IMG/VR virus record: IMGVR_UViG_3300037212_000025
Location: 1 to 27,059 of that record
Length of the DNA stretch: 27,059 nt
Direction: 5' to 3' (one strand)
DNA from: a virus
Taxonomy: Duplodnaviria > Caudoviricetes
In this document: positions 24,925-27,059 of the stretch, one piece after another
Position numbering within the stretch: position 1 is the stretch's first letter
How the letters are laid out: the number at the start of each line of letters is the position of its first letter
Position numbers and translations under genes: made by a program
Notes under the pieces: generated by a model
Told to the model about the DNA's origin: nothing
Databases searched by the model: none
The model's input: the letters and a program-made list of their open reading frames with translations, nothing else

Positions 24925-25551
24925 TTAGGGCGAAACGAGCCGCATAAGAACGGACGCCTTTTGCGTCAGGTCGCTCTTCGAGTACATCAGGTCACAGACC
25001 GTGATGGCGTCGATGGCCGCGAACGTGATGTTCACGCCGCCGTCCCAGTACACTTGGCCGGTGGCCAGCGTCTGGGTCGGATCCCTCACGAGCTGCTTGA
25101 CGCCCGTGTGGGTGCCGGTCGTTCCGTTGACGACGAACAGACCGTTCTGGGTCGGGGCCTGGGCGAGGACCGCCTTGTTGCTCGTGACCGTGACGCTGGT
25201 CTCGGTCATGCCGCCGAGGACGCCCGTTAGAGCGGTCGCCATGGCAGCGCGGAGAGCGAGGACGTCAGTGCGGAGCAGGTTGATCTGCACCACGAGGGCG
25301 AGCGCGCAGGTGGCAAGCGCCGTCTGGTCAGCCTGCGTGTAGCTGGCGTTCGCAGGGCTCTGAACGCCGGTGTTGGCAACGGCCCCTCCGACGGTGGTTG
25401 CCGGGACACTGGTTCCCGGGTTGGCCACGTCAAGCAGAAGCGACAGAAGGTCTCCTAGGGGAGCCTCTCGGATGGCATCCGCCTCTTTGCCAAGGGTCGG
25501 GCTGTTGAGCTTGTCTCGAAGGGTGGTGGTGGAAGTCGTAGTGCTGGACAT
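24925..25551 (-). CDS. Putative head decoration / head fibre protein
   Basis: 208 aa, Thr/Ala/Val-rich, with a short coiled coil (VVQINLLRTDVLALRAAM) and a beta-rich C-terminus. GAGGA RBS; located in the head cluster. Function is inferred. Confidence 0.55.
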   Translation of the reverse strand: MSSTTTSTTTLRDKLNSPTLGKEADAIREAPLGDLLSLLLDVANPGTSVPATTVGGAVANTGVQSPANASYTQADQTALATCALALVVQINLLRTDVLALRAAMATALTGVLGGMTETSVTVTSNKAVLAQAPTQNGLFVVNGTTGTHTGVKQLVRDPTQTLATGQVYWDGGVNITFAAIDAITVCDLMYSKSDLTQKASVLMRLVSP

Positions 25552-25596
25552 CGGTGATCCTCGTCGTGTGGGTTGTTGACCTTGTCGTGGCGCCGG

Positions 25597-25752
25597 CTAA
25601 TCGACGCCGCCACCCGACTTTGGCTTGATCGGCGACGGCCGACTGTGCTCGGGAGCCGAGGCGGGACCCGTGTCGGTCTCGGTCGGCTCGTAGCCCTTCG
25701 GCGTGCCGTGTTTCTGATCGTACTCGTCAGTTGGAATTCGCTCTTCGGACAT
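25597..25752 (-). CDS. Small Pro-rich hypothetical protein (51 aa), absent from the ORF track
   Basis: AAGGAG RBS before ATG 25752; MSEERIPTDEYDQKHGTPKGYEPTETDTGPASAPEHSRPSPIKPKSGGGVD*. It fills the gap between neighbours. Confidence 0.7.
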   Translation of the reverse strand: MSEERIPTDEYDQKHGTPKGYEPTETDTGPASAPEHSRPSPIKPKSGGGVD

Positions 25753-25774
25753 CGTGATCTCCTTGTTGTCGCCG

Positions 25775-25990
25775 CTACTTTTTCGAGAACGGCGACCGGC
25801 GCATCACCTTGGGTGCCGTCGCGTCGCCGCTGATCGGCGGTACGGCTTTCGCCGCCATATCTTCCGCAGCCCCGGGACCGGCCGGGTGACCGTCGGGCGC
25901 CATGTACTGATGGTCCGCCTCGATGTTCGAGCCAGACGTCTCAAGTGCCCGCTGTCGCCCGGGGGACATGTCTTTTCCAATTGTGCTCAT
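25775..25990 (-). CDS. Small hypothetical protein (71 aa)
   Basis: GAGGAAGAGG RBS and ATGA overlap with the upstream gene. Confidence 0.7.
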   Translation of the reverse strand: MSTIGKDMSPGRQRALETSGSNIEADHQYMAPDGHPAGPGAAEDMAAKAVPPISGDATAPKVMRRSPFSKK

Positions 25991-26262
25991 GGCCTCTTCC
26001 TCGCCTTCACTGTGAGCGGAAATTCACGTTGCGGGTAGGGCGGCAGCGTCTTGGCCAGCTCGTCCTGGTGTTTGACTGTGATCTTCGACAGGCGCGACGG
26101 CCCGCTCACCGCGATACCGCTGGCAGGCTCGGCCGGGTACGGCTCGGGCTCGCCACCGAACCGCGGGTCAATGTCGGGCTGGTTCTGCGACAGGTCCGTG
26201 TTGACCATGCCCTCAACGGGATGGGAGAACTTGCGCAGGCTATTCTTCAGGCGGTCGGGCAT
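25987..26262 (-). CDS. Small Pro-rich hypothetical protein (91 aa)
   Basis: Starts 2 nt after the upstream stop and overlaps the next start. Confidence 0.7.
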   Translation of the reverse strand: MPDRLKNSLRKFSHPVEGMVNTDLSQNQPDIDPRFGGEPEPYPAEPASGIAVSGPSRLSKITVKHQDELAKTLPPYPQREFPLTVKARKRP

Positions 26263-26264
26263 GG

Positions 26265-26852
26265 CTATTCGCCGCCCTCGTCCTCGCCACTGTCTTCGGC
26301 GTCGGACTCTTCCCCGCCTTCGTCCCCACCCTCGCCGCCTTCGCCTTCATCCTCGGACTCTTCGTCCTTGTCCTCGGATTCCTCGTCGCCGTTGTCCAGC
26401 TCCATCTTGTGGACCTGGCGGCACCAGCCGACGAATCCATCGACGTCCTCGAGCTCAAGCGCCTCGCCGAGCTTGCGGAAGTCGCGCTTGCCAACGTCGT
26501 CCGTCCACGCGACGAACGAGTGCACGAGCTCGGGGTCGAGTTCTTCCTCGAGCTGCTCGATGCCCGCCTCGGGCTGCGCATCCGTGCCCTGGCGGAACTC
26601 GTCGATGATTTCGTTGATGGTCGGGACAGCCGGCTTGAAAGACTCGGCCAGCGACTCGACAGTCAGCCCTTCTGCCTCGCCCTCGTCGCCGGTATCTTCC
26701 TCTTCGTCCGCCCCGTCGGAACCGTCCGCACCAGTCGCCTCCTCGTCGTCTTCATCCGCTTCCGGAATGACGGCCTGGGAGTCTCTCAACAAAGCCTTCA
26801 GTTTGCGCGGATCTGTCTGACTGGTCATGGTCGTGTGCGTCCATCCCGCCAT
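26265..26852 (-). CDS. Highly acidic hypothetical protein
   Basis: Asp/Glu-rich tracts flank a small helical core. Start is uncertain (26852 or ATG 26828). Confidence 0.75.
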   Translation of the reverse strand: MAGWTHTTMTSQTDPRKLKALLRDSQAVIPEADEDDEEATGADGSDGADEEEDTGDEGEAEGLTVESLAESFKPAVPTINEIIDEFRQGTDAQPEAGIEQLEEELDPELVHSFVAWTDDVGKRDFRKLGEALELEDVDGFVGWCRQVHKMELDNGDEESEDKDEESEDEGEGGEGGDEGGEESDAEDSGEDEGGE

Positions 26853-26986
26853 ACAGACAATATCTTGTCAACGTATCTACCGAGAATCACATGGGTTTTA
26901 TCGACAGACGCGCTTTACATGGCGACCACGCCGCCGTCAGTGGTTTCACGCAGTTGCGGCTGCGTTCGCACTACAAATGTCAACCT

Positions 26987-27013
26987 AAAGAAAAAGGCGC
27001 CAGGTTTGGCGCC
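26987..27013 (-). terminator. Rho-independent terminator of the upstream transcription unit
   Basis: Minus strand GGCGCCA-AACC-TGGCGCC followed by TTTTTCTTT. Confidence 0.75.
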
Positions 27014-27059
27014 CATTCCGAACTTCGGTGTCGTCGCTCGACGAAAGCCTAACTGTGGC

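Larger units (their letters stand above)
1..27059 (-). mobile_element. Head, neck, contractile tail and baseplate module of a tailed phage or prophage
   Basis: Co-oriented, tightly packed minus-strand genes, many with ATGA/TGATG/GTGA overlaps, in canonical order scaffold-capsid-neck-sheath-tube-chaperone-tape measure-hub-spike-wedge-J. No integrase, terminase or host genes are visible, so phage versus prophage cannot be decided. Confidence 0.95.

Overview
This high-GC window is the virion morphogenesis operon of a contractile-tailed (myovirus-type) phage or prophage, almost entirely on the minus strand. Read right to left in transcription order it holds a terminator, an acidic protein, three tiny Pro-rich ORFs, a putative head decoration protein, scaffold, major capsid, head-tail joining genes with an inserted HNH endonuclease, tail terminator, sheath, tube, a tail assembly chaperone with a -1 frameshift, tape measure, a LysM/tail-X protein, hub and spike. 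A ~6 kb accessory block follows (modular fibre-like protein, signal-peptide Thr-rich protein, antisense lipoprotein), then an Ig-fused gp25-like wedge, baseplate J and a gpI-like wedge gene that runs off the left edge. The most striking unexplained element is a ~500-nt, almost fully base-paired RNA-like region directly after the capsid gene, with three C(UUCG)G hairpins. Also notable are a structured leader that buries the scaffold start codon and a fibre module shared between two genes with a 106-bp perfectly identical tract. All product calls come from motif recognition and gene order by eye; no database searches were run.
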